NCBI GenBank assembly: GCA_016938875.1
Contig: JAFGTV010000038.1
Location: forward strand, 93,770 to 157,769
Direction: 5' to 3'
DNA length: 64,000 nt
Source: Paracoccaceae bacterium
Lineage (GTDB): Bacteria > Pseudomonadota > Alphaproteobacteria > Rhodobacterales > Rhodobacteraceae
Made by a program: the position numbers and the translations under genes. A model generated the notes under the pieces. That model had not been told where the DNA came from. It saw only the letters and a list, made by a program, of their open reading frames with translations, and did not search any database. This document shows positions 28,075 to 37,209 of this stretch, one piece after another. Numbering within the stretch: the stretch's first letter is position 1; each line of letters opens with the position of its first letter.

Positions 28075-28386
28075 CTATTTGATCAGCAGATCCTCAAGCT
28101 TGAGCCCGCCCGCCAGCGCCTTTTCCAGCCAGTTCGGGCGGCGTCCGCGACCGCTCCAGGTTTCGGCGGCATTGTTGGGGTTGCGGTATTTCGCAGCCGC
28201 CTTGGCGCGGCGTGTTTTCGTGCCGACAATATCGTCCAGCGAAAACCCAAGCTCTCTTGCCTTTTCTTCAAGTACGGCGCGGGCTTTGGCTTTCTCACGG
28301 TCATGATAGCTGGTTATGGCCGCATCCACATCTTTGCGAAGCTGCTTGAGATCTTTCAGCGAATACTGGCTCAGGTCCATGGTCAT
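28075..28386 (-). CDS. H-NS family nucleoid-associated protein
   Basis: 103 aa from ATG 28386 (AGGAG RBS). N-terminal coiled coil and C-terminal DNA-binding motif TWSGRGRRPNW. Confidence 0.8.
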   Translation of the reverse strand: MTMDLSQYSLKDLKQLRKDVDAAITSYHDREKAKARAVLEEKARELGFSLDDIVGTKTRRAKAAAKYRNPNNAAETWSGRGRRPNWLEKALAGGLKLEDLLIK

Positions 28387-28589
28387 TTCGACTCCTGTTG
28401 CACGTTTTTGCGATAGAGGTCTATGAAGTGTAATTAAACTTAGCACAAGTCGCCGCGTCAGGTTTGAAAATGATTTTTTGGCGATTTAAACTCTTGGTTG
28501 AATGGCTTTGCAATAATTCATTTACAAGGGTTTTGTTGCGCCGAATTGGCCGGATATCGCGGCGGGGTTTCGGACCGCTATTGATGGAT
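28387..28589 (-). promoter_or_regulatory. AT-rich promoter region of the H-NS-like gene
   Basis: A ~200-bp stretch at roughly 40% GC in a ~65% GC background (…taattaaacttagcac…aaaatgattttttggcgatttaaact…caataattcatttac…). Confidence 0.4.
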
Positions 28590-28618
28590 GGCGCGGTATC
28601 GTTACGCCGATGCGCGCC
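28590..28618 (-). terminator. GC-rich hairpin immediately 3' of phosphomannomutase gene
   Basis: GGCGCG..ATCG-loop-CGAT..CGCGCC: 6 + 4 bp with a small internal loop, abutting the TAA stop (28619-28621). No U tract. Confidence 0.3.
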
Positions 28619-30115
28619 TTACAGGCTCTGGTCGTAGGCCCCGACCGCCGGTTCGGTGCGGATCACCGCATCCAGATCGGCAAAGATCGCCCGCAACTCC
28701 GCCTCGCTGTCCGGGCTTTCGCAGACCACCACCAGGTTCGGCGTGTTGGACGAGGCGCGCACCAACCCCCAGGCGCCGTTGTCCAGCATCACCCGCGCGC
28801 CGTTGACCGTCACCAGATCGCTGATCGCCCGCCCGCCCAGCGTGCCGCCCGCGGCGTGAAGGTCCGCCAGTTTTTGCACCAGCCGATCCAGGACCGCGTA
28901 TTTCTGGGTGTCGGGGCAATGGGGCGACATTGTGGGGCTGGCCCAGGTGCGGGGCAGGGTGGCACACAATCCCGATAGCGTCGCATGCGCGTGGCGGTCC
29001 ATCAATTTGCAAATCTCGACCGCCACGCGCATGCCGCAGTCATAGCCGCGCCCGACTGGGGGGGCCAGAAAGTAGTGGCCCGATTTCTCGAACCCGGCCA
29101 GTGCACCTGTGGCCTGCACCCGGCGTTTCATGTGGCTGTGGCCGGTTTTCCAGTATTCGGTCGTGGCCCCCAGCCGCCGCAATTCCGGGTCGCTTTGAAA
29201 CAGGCCCGTCGATTTCACATCGGCCACGAATTTTGCACCGGGATGAAGCCGCGCGTAATCGCGCGCCAGGATCACCCCCATCTTGTCGGCGAATATTTCC
29301 GTGCCGGTGTCGTCCACCACCCCGCAGCGATCGCCATCCCCGTCAAAGCCCAGCGCCATATCCGCCCCCGATGCGGTGACGGCGGCGGACATGTCGTGCA
29401 GCATTTCCATTGCCTCGGGATTGGGATTGTAATTGGGAAAGTCGTAATCCAGATCGCAATGCAGCGGTATGACCTCGGCGCCAATGCGCGCCAATATCTC
29501 GGGGGCAAAGGCCGAAGCGGTGCCATTGCCCGTCGCGCAAACGACGCGCAGCGGGCGCGACAGGCGAAAATCACCCACCAGATCGTCGATATAGGCCGCG
29601 CGCACCCCGTCCACCTGCGCCCAGCCGCCGCCGGGCCGGGGCTCGCCCGCGCCGCCCAGAACGATATCGCGCAGCTCTGCCATCTCGTCGGGGCCGTGGG
29701 TCAGCGGGCGGTCGAACCCGATCTTGACCCCGGTCCAGCCGTTGGGATTATGGCTGGCGGTGACCATGGCCACGGCGGGCAGATCCAGGTGGAACTGGCT
29801 GAAATAGGCCATCGGCGACAGCGCCGGGCCGATGTCGTGCACCGTGATGCCCGCCTGCACCAGCCCCAGGACCAGCGCCTGTTTGATCGCCAGCGAATAG
29901 TCGCGATAGTCGTTGCCCACGGCGATGGCGGGGCGGATCCCCCGGCGCTGCATCTGGGTGCCCAGCCCCAGCCCCAGCGCGGTCACGCCGGGCAGGTTGA
30001 TCTGCTGGGGATAGCGCCAGCGCGCGTCGTATTCGCGAAACCCGGTCGGTGCGATCATCGGTTCGCTGAGAAAGGCCCAGCTGTTGGGCGTGACATCGGC
30101 ATGGGGGCGGGTCAT
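28619..30115 (-). CDS. manB: phosphomannomutase/phosphoglucomutase
   Basis: 498 aa with active-site loop VTASHNPNGWTG and the four-domain alpha-D-phosphohexomutase pattern. Confidence 0.9.
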   Translation of the reverse strand: MTRPHADVTPNSWAFLSEPMIAPTGFREYDARWRYPQQINLPGVTALGLGLGTQMQRRGIRPAIAVGNDYRDYSLAIKQALVLGLVQAGITVHDIGPALSPMAYFSQFHLDLPAVAMVTASHNPNGWTGVKIGFDRPLTHGPDEMAELRDIVLGGAGEPRPGGGWAQVDGVRAAYIDDLVGDFRLSRPLRVVCATGNGTASAFAPEILARIGAEVIPLHCDLDYDFPNYNPNPEAMEMLHDMSAAVTASGADMALGFDGDGDRCGVVDDTGTEIFADKMGVILARDYARLHPGAKFVADVKSTGLFQSDPELRRLGATTEYWKTGHSHMKRRVQATGALAGFEKSGHYFLAPPVGRGYDCGMRVAVEICKLMDRHAHATLSGLCATLPRTWASPTMSPHCPDTQKYAVLDRLVQKLADLHAAGGTLGGRAISDLVTVNGARVMLDNGAWGLVRASSNTPNLVVVCESPDSEAELRAIFADLDAVIRTEPAVGAYDQSL

Positions 30116-30142
30116 CGGCGCGCTCCTGGCGGGGCTTGGGGG

Positions 30143-31558
30143 TCAGTCGCGGGCATAAACATCGTCGTGGCGGATGATGTCATCCTCGCCCAGATAGCTG
30201 CCGGTTTGCACCTCGATCAACACCATCGGCAGCTTGCCGGGGTTTTCCAGCCGATGGCGTGTGCCCAGCGGCACATAGACCGACTGGTTTTCCGCCACCA
30301 GCGTGACCTCTTGGCCGATGGTGACGCGAGCGGTGCCGTGCACCACGATCCAATGTTCGGCGCGGTGGTGGTGCGATTGCAGGCTGAGCGACGCGCCGGG
30401 GTTCACCACGATGCGCTTGACCTGGAACCGCTCGCCCAGGGCCAGGCTTTCGAACCAGCCCCAGGGGCGGTGATCGCGGGGCAGCTGCGTGGCCTGGCGG
30501 GCGGATTGGGCCTGCAGGCGGGCGACCACGGCCTTGACCTCTTGGGCGTGGGACATGTCGGCGACCAGCACCGCGTCGGGCATCGCCACGGCCATGATGT
30601 TGTTCAGCCCCAGCCCCACCAGTTCCAGCCCCGCATCCTCGGATCGCAGCAGGGTATCGGTGCACCCGATCGCGGTGGCCGGGCCAAAGGTGGCGACGCC
30701 CTCGGCATCGGGGCCCTGTTCGCGCCACACCGCATCCCAGCCGCCCAGGTCCGACCAGCCCCCGTCAAAGGGCACGGCCGACAGGTTGCGGGCCTTTTCC
30801 ATGATGGCATAGTCGATCGAGATATCGCGCGCCTGCGACCAGGCCGCGGGGTCGAGGCGCAGAAAGCCCAGATCGGCCCGCGCCCCGGCCAGCGCGCGGC
30901 CCACCGGGTCGCCCAGATCGGCCGCATGGGCGGCAAAGGCGTCCAGCACGGCGCGCGCCGTGAACAGGAAAATCCCGGCATTCCACAGGAAATTGCCCGC
31001 CGCCAGCATCGCCGCGGCGCTGGCGGCGTCGGGTTTCTCGACAAAGCGCGTCAGGGCGGTGGCCTGGCCGTCGCAGGGCGCGCCTGCCAGTTCCAGATAG
31101 CCATAGCCGGTCTCTGGCCGGTCGGGCGGTATGCCGAAGGTGACCAGATGGCCGTCGCGGGCCGCCTGCGTGCCCCGCGCGATCGCGGCGGTGAACGCGT
31201 CGGTATCGGCGATGACGTGGTCCGAAGGGGCGATCAGCAACAGCGCCTCGGGGTCGTCGGCCGCGATATGCAGGGCGGCGGCCAGCACGGCGGGGGCGGT
31301 ATTGCGCCCCTCTGGCTCGATCAGCACGGTGCCGGGATCAACCCCGGCCTCGGCCAGTTGCTGGGTGACGATAAAGCGGAAATCCGACCCGGTGATCACC
31401 GTGGGTGGCGCAAAGCCGGGTCCGGCCAGCCGCCGGGCGGTGGCCTGAAACAGGCTCTCGGGTCCGGTCAGCCGGGCGAATTGCTTGGGGTAGCTCTTGC
31501 GCGAGAGGGGCCACAGGCGGGTGCCCGCGCCGCCGCACAGGATGACGGGATGGATCAT
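30143..31558 (-). CDS. manC: mannose-1-phosphate guanylyltransferase / mannose-6-phosphate isomerase
   Basis: 471 aa from ATG 31558 (AAGGA 9 nt upstream); GTG 31576 is an alternative start. N-terminal LCGGAGTRLWPLSR and a C-terminal cupin (HHHRAEHWIVV). Confidence 0.9.
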   Translation of the reverse strand: MIHPVILCGGAGTRLWPLSRKSYPKQFARLTGPESLFQATARRLAGPGFAPPTVITGSDFRFIVTQQLAEAGVDPGTVLIEPEGRNTAPAVLAAALHIAADDPEALLLIAPSDHVIADTDAFTAAIARGTQAARDGHLVTFGIPPDRPETGYGYLELAGAPCDGQATALTRFVEKPDAASAAAMLAAGNFLWNAGIFLFTARAVLDAFAAHAADLGDPVGRALAGARADLGFLRLDPAAWSQARDISIDYAIMEKARNLSAVPFDGGWSDLGGWDAVWREQGPDAEGVATFGPATAIGCTDTLLRSEDAGLELVGLGLNNIMAVAMPDAVLVADMSHAQEVKAVVARLQAQSARQATQLPRDHRPWGWFESLALGERFQVKRIVVNPGASLSLQSHHHRAEHWIVVHGTARVTIGQEVTLVAENQSVYVPLGTRHRLENPGKLPMVLIEVQTGSYLGEDDIIRHDDVYARD

Positions 31559-31582
31559 CGGGATCGGTCCTTGCACATGAAA

Positions 31583-32542
31583 TCAGGCCTCGCCGCGCAG
31601 GGTGTCGCGATGGGCCATGAACCAGGCGTGGGTCTGGCGCAGGCCCTGTTCCAGCGGGATGCGTGCGCGCCACCCCATATCCGCCAGGCGCGAAACATCC
31701 ATCAGTTTGCGTGCGGTGCCGTCGGGTTTCGAGGCATCGCACAGGATGCGCCCGGCAAAGCCTGTGACCCCGGCCACCAGCCCGGCCAGGTCGTGGATCG
31801 AGATGTCCGTGCCGGTGCCGACATTGATATGGCTCTGCATCGGGGCGGTGTTGGCGGCATAGCTGTCGCGGTCCAGGTCCAGCACGAAAAGGCTGGCCTC
31901 GGCCATGTCGTCGACATGCAGAAACTCGCGCCGGGGGGTGCCGCTGCCCCAGATCGTGACCGTCTCGGCGCCGCTCTCGGCGGCCTCTTGAAAGCGGCGG
32001 ATCAGGGCGGGCAGGACATGGGCGTTCTGCGGATGGAAATTGTCGCCCGGCCCATACAGGTTGGTGGGCATCACCGATCGGTAATCCACGCCATATTGCC
32101 GGTTATAGCTTTCGCACAGCTTGATTCCGGCGATCTTGGCGATGGCATAGGGCTCGTTCGTGGGTTCCAGAGGGCCGGTCAGCAGCGCATCCTCGGTCAT
32201 CGGCTGGGGCGCCTCTTTGGGATAGATGCACGACGAGCCCAGAAACAGCAGCCGCTGCACCCCCGCGGCAAAGGCCTGGTGGATCACGTTGGCCTCGATC
32301 ATCAGGTTTTCGTAAATGAATTCAGCGGGATAGGTGGCGTTGGCATGAATTCCGCCCACCTTGGCGGCGGCCAGGATCACCACGTCGGGCCGCGTCGCCA
32401 CCATGAAACTGCGCACCGCGCCCTGGTCGGCCAGGTCCAGCTCTGCATGGGTGCGGGTGATGACCTGGGCTCCGCGCGCCAGCAACTGCCGCCCGATCGC
32501 GCTGCCGACCATGCCGCGATGGCCCGCCAGATACACCTTCAT
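31583..32542 (-). CDS. fcl: GDP-L-fucose synthase
   Basis: 319 aa. Motifs [31 protein letters not shown] and [12 protein letters not shown]. Confidence 0.92.
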   Translation of the reverse strand: MKVYLAGHRGMVGSAIGRQLLARGAQVITRTHAELDLADQGAVRSFMVATRPDVVILAAAKVGGIHANATYPAEFIYENLMIEANVIHQAFAAGVQRLLFLGSSCIYPKEAPQPMTEDALLTGPLEPTNEPYAIAKIAGIKLCESYNRQYGVDYRSVMPTNLYGPGDNFHPQNAHVLPALIRRFQEAAESGAETVTIWGSGTPRREFLHVDDMAEASLFVLDLDRDSYAANTAPMQSHINVGTGTDISIHDLAGLVAGVTGFAGRILCDASKPDGTARKLMDVSRLADMGWRARIPLEQGLRQTHAWFMAHRDTLRGEA

Positions 32543-32546
32543 CGCC

Positions 32547-33668
32547 TCACCCCTCATGGCAGACCGGCAGATCCAGCCCGTGCGCGCGCAGCAGTGCATG
32601 GCGCCGGGCGGTCCTCAGATCCTCGGCGACCATCTCGGCGCACATCTTGCGGGCGGTGATCTGCGGGGTCCAGCCCAGTTTCTCTTTGGCCTTGGTGGGA
32701 TCGCCCAGCAGGGTCTCGACCTCGGCGGGGCGGAAATAGCGCGGGTCGATGCGCACGATTACGTCGCCGGGTTTGACGGCCGGGGCATCCTCGCCACGTA
32801 CGGCCTCGACGATGCCGGTCTCGGCCAGGCCGGCGCCCTGGAACCGCAGGGTGATCCCCAGGTCCGCCGCCGCCCAGGTGATGAACTCGCGCACCGAATA
32901 CTGTTTGCCGGTGGCGATGACGAAATCCTCGGGCGCGTCCTGTTGCAGCATCATCCACTGCATGCGCACGTAATCCCTGGCATGGCCCCAGTCGCGCAGC
33001 GCGTCGATATTGCCCATGAACAGGCACTGCTCGATCCCCTGGGCAATATTGGCCAGCCCGCGGGTGATCTTGCGGGTGACAAAGGTTTCGCCGCGCCGCG
33101 GGCTCTCGTGATTGAACAAGATGCCGTTGCAGGCATACATCCCATAAGCCTCGCGGTAGTTCACCGTGGTCCAATAGGCGTAGAGCTTCGCCACCGCGTA
33201 GGGGCTGCGCGGGTGGAACGGCGTGGTTTCGCGCTGGGGGGTTTCCTGTACCAGCCCGTAGAGTTCCGAGGTCGAGGCCTGGTAGAACCGCGTGGTCTTT
33301 TCCAGCCCCAGAAAGCGGATCGCCTCAAGCAGGCGCAGGGTGCCCATGGCGTCCACGTCGGCGGTATATTCGGGGGCCTCGAAACTGACGGCGACATGGG
33401 ACTGGGCGCCCAGGTTGTAGACCTCGTCGGGGGCCACCTCGCGCAGGATGCGCGTCAGGTTGGAGCTGTCGGTCAGATCGCCGTAATGCAGGCTCAGTTG
33501 CGTGTTCGTGTCGTGGGGATCTTGATAGATGTGGTCGATCCGCTGGGTGTTGAACAACGAGGCACGCCGCTTGATGCCATGCACCTCATACCCCTTTTGC
33601 AGCAGGAATTCCGCCAGATAGGACCCGTCCTGCCCGGTAATGCCGGTGATCAATGCACGTTTGGTCAT
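32547..33668 (-). CDS. gmd: GDP-mannose 4,6-dehydratase
   Basis: 373 aa. Motifs [29 protein letters not shown] and [17 protein letters not shown]. Confidence 0.95.
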   Translation of the reverse strand: MTKRALITGITGQDGSYLAEFLLQKGYEVHGIKRRASLFNTQRIDHIYQDPHDTNTQLSLHYGDLTDSSNLTRILREVAPDEVYNLGAQSHVAVSFEAPEYTADVDAMGTLRLLEAIRFLGLEKTTRFYQASTSELYGLVQETPQRETTPFHPRSPYAVAKLYAYWTTVNYREAYGMYACNGILFNHESPRRGETFVTRKITRGLANIAQGIEQCLFMGNIDALRDWGHARDYVRMQWMMLQQDAPEDFVIATGKQYSVREFITWAAADLGITLRFQGAGLAETGIVEAVRGEDAPAVKPGDVIVRIDPRYFRPAEVETLLGDPTKAKEKLGWTPQITARKMCAEMVAEDLRTARRHALLRAHGLDLPVCHEG

Positions 33669-34426
33669 GTGTCCTGCCTGTCCCGTGAGATGAATTGACC
33701 CAGTTTCGAGGTGTTTTTCAGCGCAAGCGCGCCCAGCCCGCCGACCCGGTTGCGGCGCAGCGCGCGCAGATCCTCGCGGCTTTTCAGCGCGATGCGCCCC
33801 AGCGAGCGGTTGCTTTCCCCGCCCATGCGCATGCGCACCAGAACCCGGGGGATATAGCCCAGCGTGATTTCTCCGCGCGACAGCCAGCGCAGCATCGCCT
33901 CGTAATCGGCGGAGATGCGGAAAGAGGTATCATAGGCGCCCCAGCGCTCGAACACCTCGCGGCGCAGATAGAGCGTGGGGTGCGGCGGCATCCAGCCCCG
34001 CGCCAGTCGGCCGCGCGTATAGGGTCCGGCGCGCCAGTGGCGCAAGACCCGGTTGGGATCGCGCGCCGAGACATAGTCCAGGTCGCCATAGACCCCGTCG
34101 AGGGCGGGATCGGCCAGGGCGGCGGCGACCTGGGCCAGCACCCCGTCATGGGCATAGAAATCGTCCGAATGCATCACCCCGATCACCGCGCCGCTGGCGC
34201 GCGCGATACCGCGGTTGATCGCGTCATAGATCCCTGCGTCCGGTTCGCTGACAAGCTGGGTCGTTGCATTTGCCTGAGCCTTGATGATTTCAAGGGTTCC
34301 ATCGGTGGATCCGCCGTCCTGGATGATGTGTTCGACATCCACATCCACCTGGCGCTGAACACTGCAGATCGCATCGACAAGAGTCGCCTCGCGATTAAGA
34401 ACGGCAGTGATTACGGAAATCTTCAT
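33665..34426 (-). CDS. family 2 glycosyltransferase
   Basis: 253 aa. [11 protein letters not shown] ... [11 protein letters not shown] ... HSDD (DXD-type). ATGA overlaps at both ends. The first ~55 codons are unusually A/T3-rich. Confidence 0.85.
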   Translation of the reverse strand: MKISVITAVLNREATLVDAICSVQRQVDVDVEHIIQDGGSTDGTLEIIKAQANATTQLVSEPDAGIYDAINRGIARASGAVIGVMHSDDFYAHDGVLAQVAAALADPALDGVYGDLDYVSARDPNRVLRHWRAGPYTRGRLARGWMPPHPTLYLRREVFERWGAYDTSFRISADYEAMLRWLSRGEITLGYIPRVLVRMRMGGESNRSLGRIALKSREDLRALRRNRVGGLGALALKNTSKLGQFISRDRQDT

Positions 34427-35484
34427 AACGTTCCCGGATTTTTCTTTTTCAGGTTACTGCATTGTATTTGCTTGTGAAAATTTCCCATTTCAGCGGGCCC
34501 GCCCGGGGGGGTGGCCGGCGGGGCGGGGCCAGAACCCGGGTCGGCGCGGGGCGTTGGGGCATCGCCGGGGCGGGGGATGGTGTCGGGATGGGGAATGGTG
34601 ATCCCCAGCACCTCGCGGATCGCCGTGCTGGCATCGGCCTCCCGTGTCGCCATGAAGTGGCGCACCTCGTGCAGTTTCGTGTCGACCAGAAAGCGGTACC
34701 AGAACCCCTGAAGCACGTGGAACGCGGCCCCCTCTTTCCCGTCCAGAAAGCCCAGCCGAAAAACGTAGCGATACAGAAAATACCCCAGTGCCCGTATCCC
34801 GCCCGGCAGGCGGGCATAGACGCGCTCCTTGAGCCAGCGTTTGCCGGCGGCCTGTTGCCCGTGGCCGGCGGCGCCGGTGTTGTCCTGCCCGATCATCCCG
34901 TGTTCCCGGTTCAGGATGTCCACGACCTCGCGGCTGGCATAGCTGTTGTGCTTGTCGGTCCACCAGGTCAGGCTGTTGAGGTTGTCGTCGAGGATTTCCC
35001 CGGACAGGGTTTCGATCTGTCCCTCGACCACGATATGTTCGTCCATCCACCGGTTTTCGCAGCGGCCCCGGCCATGGCGAAACAGGCGCAGGATGCGGAC
35101 CGGAAATAGCCCCCCCCAACGGATCGGGCGCCCCAGGAAACACATGCGGCGCGAGACGATGACGCCGCTTACCTCTGGGCCAAAGCGCGCCAGTCCCGCG
35201 CGGATCTGTGCCGCCAGCGGATCGCTCAGCACTTCGTCGGCGTCCAGGCGCAGCACCCAGTCGGTATCTGCGGGCAACTGGTCGAGCGCCCAGTTGAATT
35301 GCTGGGCCTGGGTGACGAACGGATGGCTCATCACCTGCGCCCCGTGGGCGCGCGCAAGCGCAACGGTGCTGTCCGTAGAGCCCGAGTCGACCACGTAAAT
35401 CCTGTCCGCGAGCCCGGCCACGGACGCGATCGCGCGGCGGATATGACGCTCTTCATCAAGGGTCAGGATGACGACGCTTAGCAA
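34423..35484 (-). CDS. family 2 glycosyltransferase (KdtX/WaaE-like)
   Basis: Motifs LSVVILTLDEERHI, VVDSGSTDST and LRLDADEVL. The listed ORF starts at TTG 35547, overlapping wzy by 44 nt. TTG 35484 (MLSVVIL...) fits the family better. The Pro-rich C-terminal ~55 aa are doubtful. Confidence 0.8.
   Translation of the reverse strand: MLSVVILTLDEERHIRRAIASVAGLADRIYVVDSGSTDSTVALARAHGAQVMSHPFVTQAQQFNWALDQLPADTDWVLRLDADEVLSDPLAAQIRAGLARFGPEVSGVIVSRRMCFLGRPIRWGGLFPVRILRLFRHGRGRCENRWMDEHIVVEGQIETLSGEILDDNLNSLTWWTDKHNSYASREVVDILNREHGMIGQDNTGAAGHGQQAAGKRWLKERVYARLPGGIRALGYFLYRYVFRLGFLDGKEGAAFHVLQGFWYRFLVDTKLHEVRHFMATREADASTAIREVLGITIPHPDTIPRPGDAPTPRADPGSGPAPPATPPGGPAEMGNFHKQIQCSNLKKKNPGTL
34427..34490 (-). 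promoter_or_regulatory. AT-rich island (possible internal promoter / recombination scar) inside the EPS operon
   Basis: 34401-34490 is about 37% GC by my count. It lies directly upstream of ATG 34426 and is nominally covered by the low-complexity 3' tail of the upstream GT2 ORF. Confidence 0.3.
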
Positions 35485-35503
35485 CGGTGCCGGTCTCTTG
35501 GCG

Positions 35504-36664
35504 TCATTGTTTCCGGTCCGACGGCATGATCTGGGCCAGCAGCACAAACAGGAAGATCGAATTGATGTAGATCGTCGAGTTCAACATCGAGGCCACGATC
35601 ACCATGGCCCGCAGCTCTGGCGCGCGCAGGAACCGAAACAGGGTGCCCCAGACCAGCACCGATCCGACCATGCCGAAATTCACGAATACCCGCAGGAAAT
35701 CGTTGTGAAACACCAGCCCCGTGAACCCGTCAATCGCACGCGCCCGCACCAGCCAGGGCAGGACAGAGGCGTCCGTCGAGAAACTCTCCAATATCCCGTC
35801 GAGTTCCGATCCCGTGCCATAGCCGAACAGGAACCGGCGCAAATCCACGGTGTCCATGATGTAGCGAACCCCCGCGGATGACAGCTGAAAGCGGTCGATA
35901 CTGGCCAGGTCGAGGATATTGCGACCGCGAAAATCCAGCGTGTAGCGATACAGCAGCACCGAGAACACGACGAGCAATACCAGCGCCAGCAGGGCATAGA
36001 GGGTGGAAAACCGTCCCCTGGAAAACGACCGTTGCACAACGACCCCCGCGACAAGGGCCGCAAGGCCGGTGCTGCTGCCCAGCCAGACCATGAACCCCAG
36101 GATAAGGCCGCGCCGTATCAGGTTTCGATCCAGCAGGAACACGATCGCAAAGATGACCGACATATAGATCGAGATGACCCCGCCCGAGGGCACCTGGTCG
36201 ATATAGCGAAACTGTCCCTTGGCGATGACCAGAAAGGCGAAATTGACGATCAGGACCGCGTTGGAGACAAGGCCAATGTCGGGCGACAGGGCGACCGATC
36301 TGCTGACCAGGCGCATCGCGAGGGCCGCGAGCAACAGCAAGGGCAACTTGGCCTCGGCCAGGAAGATGATGTTGCTGGCGCGCCCGTCCCAGGACAACAC
36401 GGCGACGGTGGCCATATAGATCACCGATACGAAAACCAGCACATCGGTCGTGCCGACATAGGGATGGCTGCGCAACCCGCCCAGGCGCATGACAAGGCCG
36501 ATCAGCGACATCGCGACAATCGCGCCGAGCGACACGACCGGCGCAGAGAACGCCGCCCCCAGGATCAGCGCAAAGAGCCAAAAGAACCGGACCCGTTGGC
36601 GCGACACGACCCATGGCCGTGCGCTGCCACGGGCCCGGGTGAGCTGGGGGGCCGGGATGCTCAT
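35504..36664 (-). CDS. wzy: O-antigen ligase/polymerase-family membrane protein (Wzy-like)
   Basis: 386 aa, about 10 predicted TM segments, lower GC than neighbours. Its position between GTs and an acetyltransferase is typical of repeat-unit polymerases. Confidence 0.7.
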   Translation of the reverse strand: MSIPAPQLTRARGSARPWVVSRQRVRFFWLFALILGAAFSAPVVSLGAIVAMSLIGLVMRLGGLRSHPYVGTTDVLVFVSVIYMATVAVLSWDGRASNIIFLAEAKLPLLLLAALAMRLVSRSVALSPDIGLVSNAVLIVNFAFLVIAKGQFRYIDQVPSGGVISIYMSVIFAIVFLLDRNLIRRGLILGFMVWLGSSTGLAALVAGVVVQRSFSRGRFSTLYALLALVLLVVFSVLLYRYTLDFRGRNILDLASIDRFQLSSAGVRYIMDTVDLRRFLFGYGTGSELDGILESFSTDASVLPWLVRARAIDGFTGLVFHNDFLRVFVNFGMVGSVLVWGTLFRFLRAPELRAMVIVASMLNSTIYINSIFLFVLLAQIMPSDRKQ

Positions 36665-37209
36665 GCGCGGGGGGGCTGGATGACCCTGGCGGGATTGCCG
36701 GCGACGACGCTGTCGGGTTCGACATCTTTCATCGCCACGGCCCTGGCGCCGACGATGGCGCCGTCGCCGACGATGACGCCGGGCCCGACAAAGGCGTCGG
36801 CGGCGACCCAGGCATCCGCCCCGATGACGATCGTGGATTTCACCAAGGGCCTGCTGGGCTGGGAAAGGTCATGGGTTCCGGCGCACAGATGCACCCCCTG
36901 CGAGACCGTAGCCCGCGGGCCGATGGTGATCTTTCCCAGGGCATACAGGATTGCCCGATCCCCCACCGCGCACTGCGCGCCAAGCGCCAGGTTCCAGGGC
37001 ATGGCGATGCGCACGCTTGGATAGATATGCACATCCGCCCCGATCTTGGCCCCGAAGGCACGCAATATCGTCCGCCGCCACCCCCACGCGATCCGCGGGC
37101 TCCAGCGAAAGAGCGGTCCGGCCATCCCCCAGGCCAGCCGCAGGGCCAGTTCCGCGCGGGTCCATTTGCGCGCCGTCCGGTTGGCCGAGACCCAGTTGCG
37201 TTCACGCAT
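36661..37209 (-). CDS. hexapeptide-repeat O-acetyltransferase (WcaF-like)
   Basis: 182 aa from ATG 37209 (ATGCGTGA overlap). Left-handed beta-helix repeats (IGADAWVAADAFVGPGVIVGDGAIVGARAV). Confidence 0.85.
   Translation of the reverse strand: MRERNWVSANRTARKWTRAELALRLAWGMAGPLFRWSPRIAWGWRRTILRAFGAKIGADVHIYPSVRIAMPWNLALGAQCAVGDRAILYALGKITIGPRATVSQGVHLCAGTHDLSQPSRPLVKSTIVIGADAWVAADAFVGPGVIVGDGAIVGARAVAMKDVEPDSVVAGNPARVIQPPRA

Noticed and set aside
28985-32659. 1224-aa plus-strand ORF, the longest in the window
   Set aside because: It runs antisense to manB, manC and fcl, whose products carry unmistakable family motifs (TASHNP, GGAGTRLWPLS, fcl/gmd signatures). Its translation is Arg/Gly/Ala/Pro/His-rich low complexity with no recognisable domain. 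This is a typical shadow ORF of a high-GC genome.
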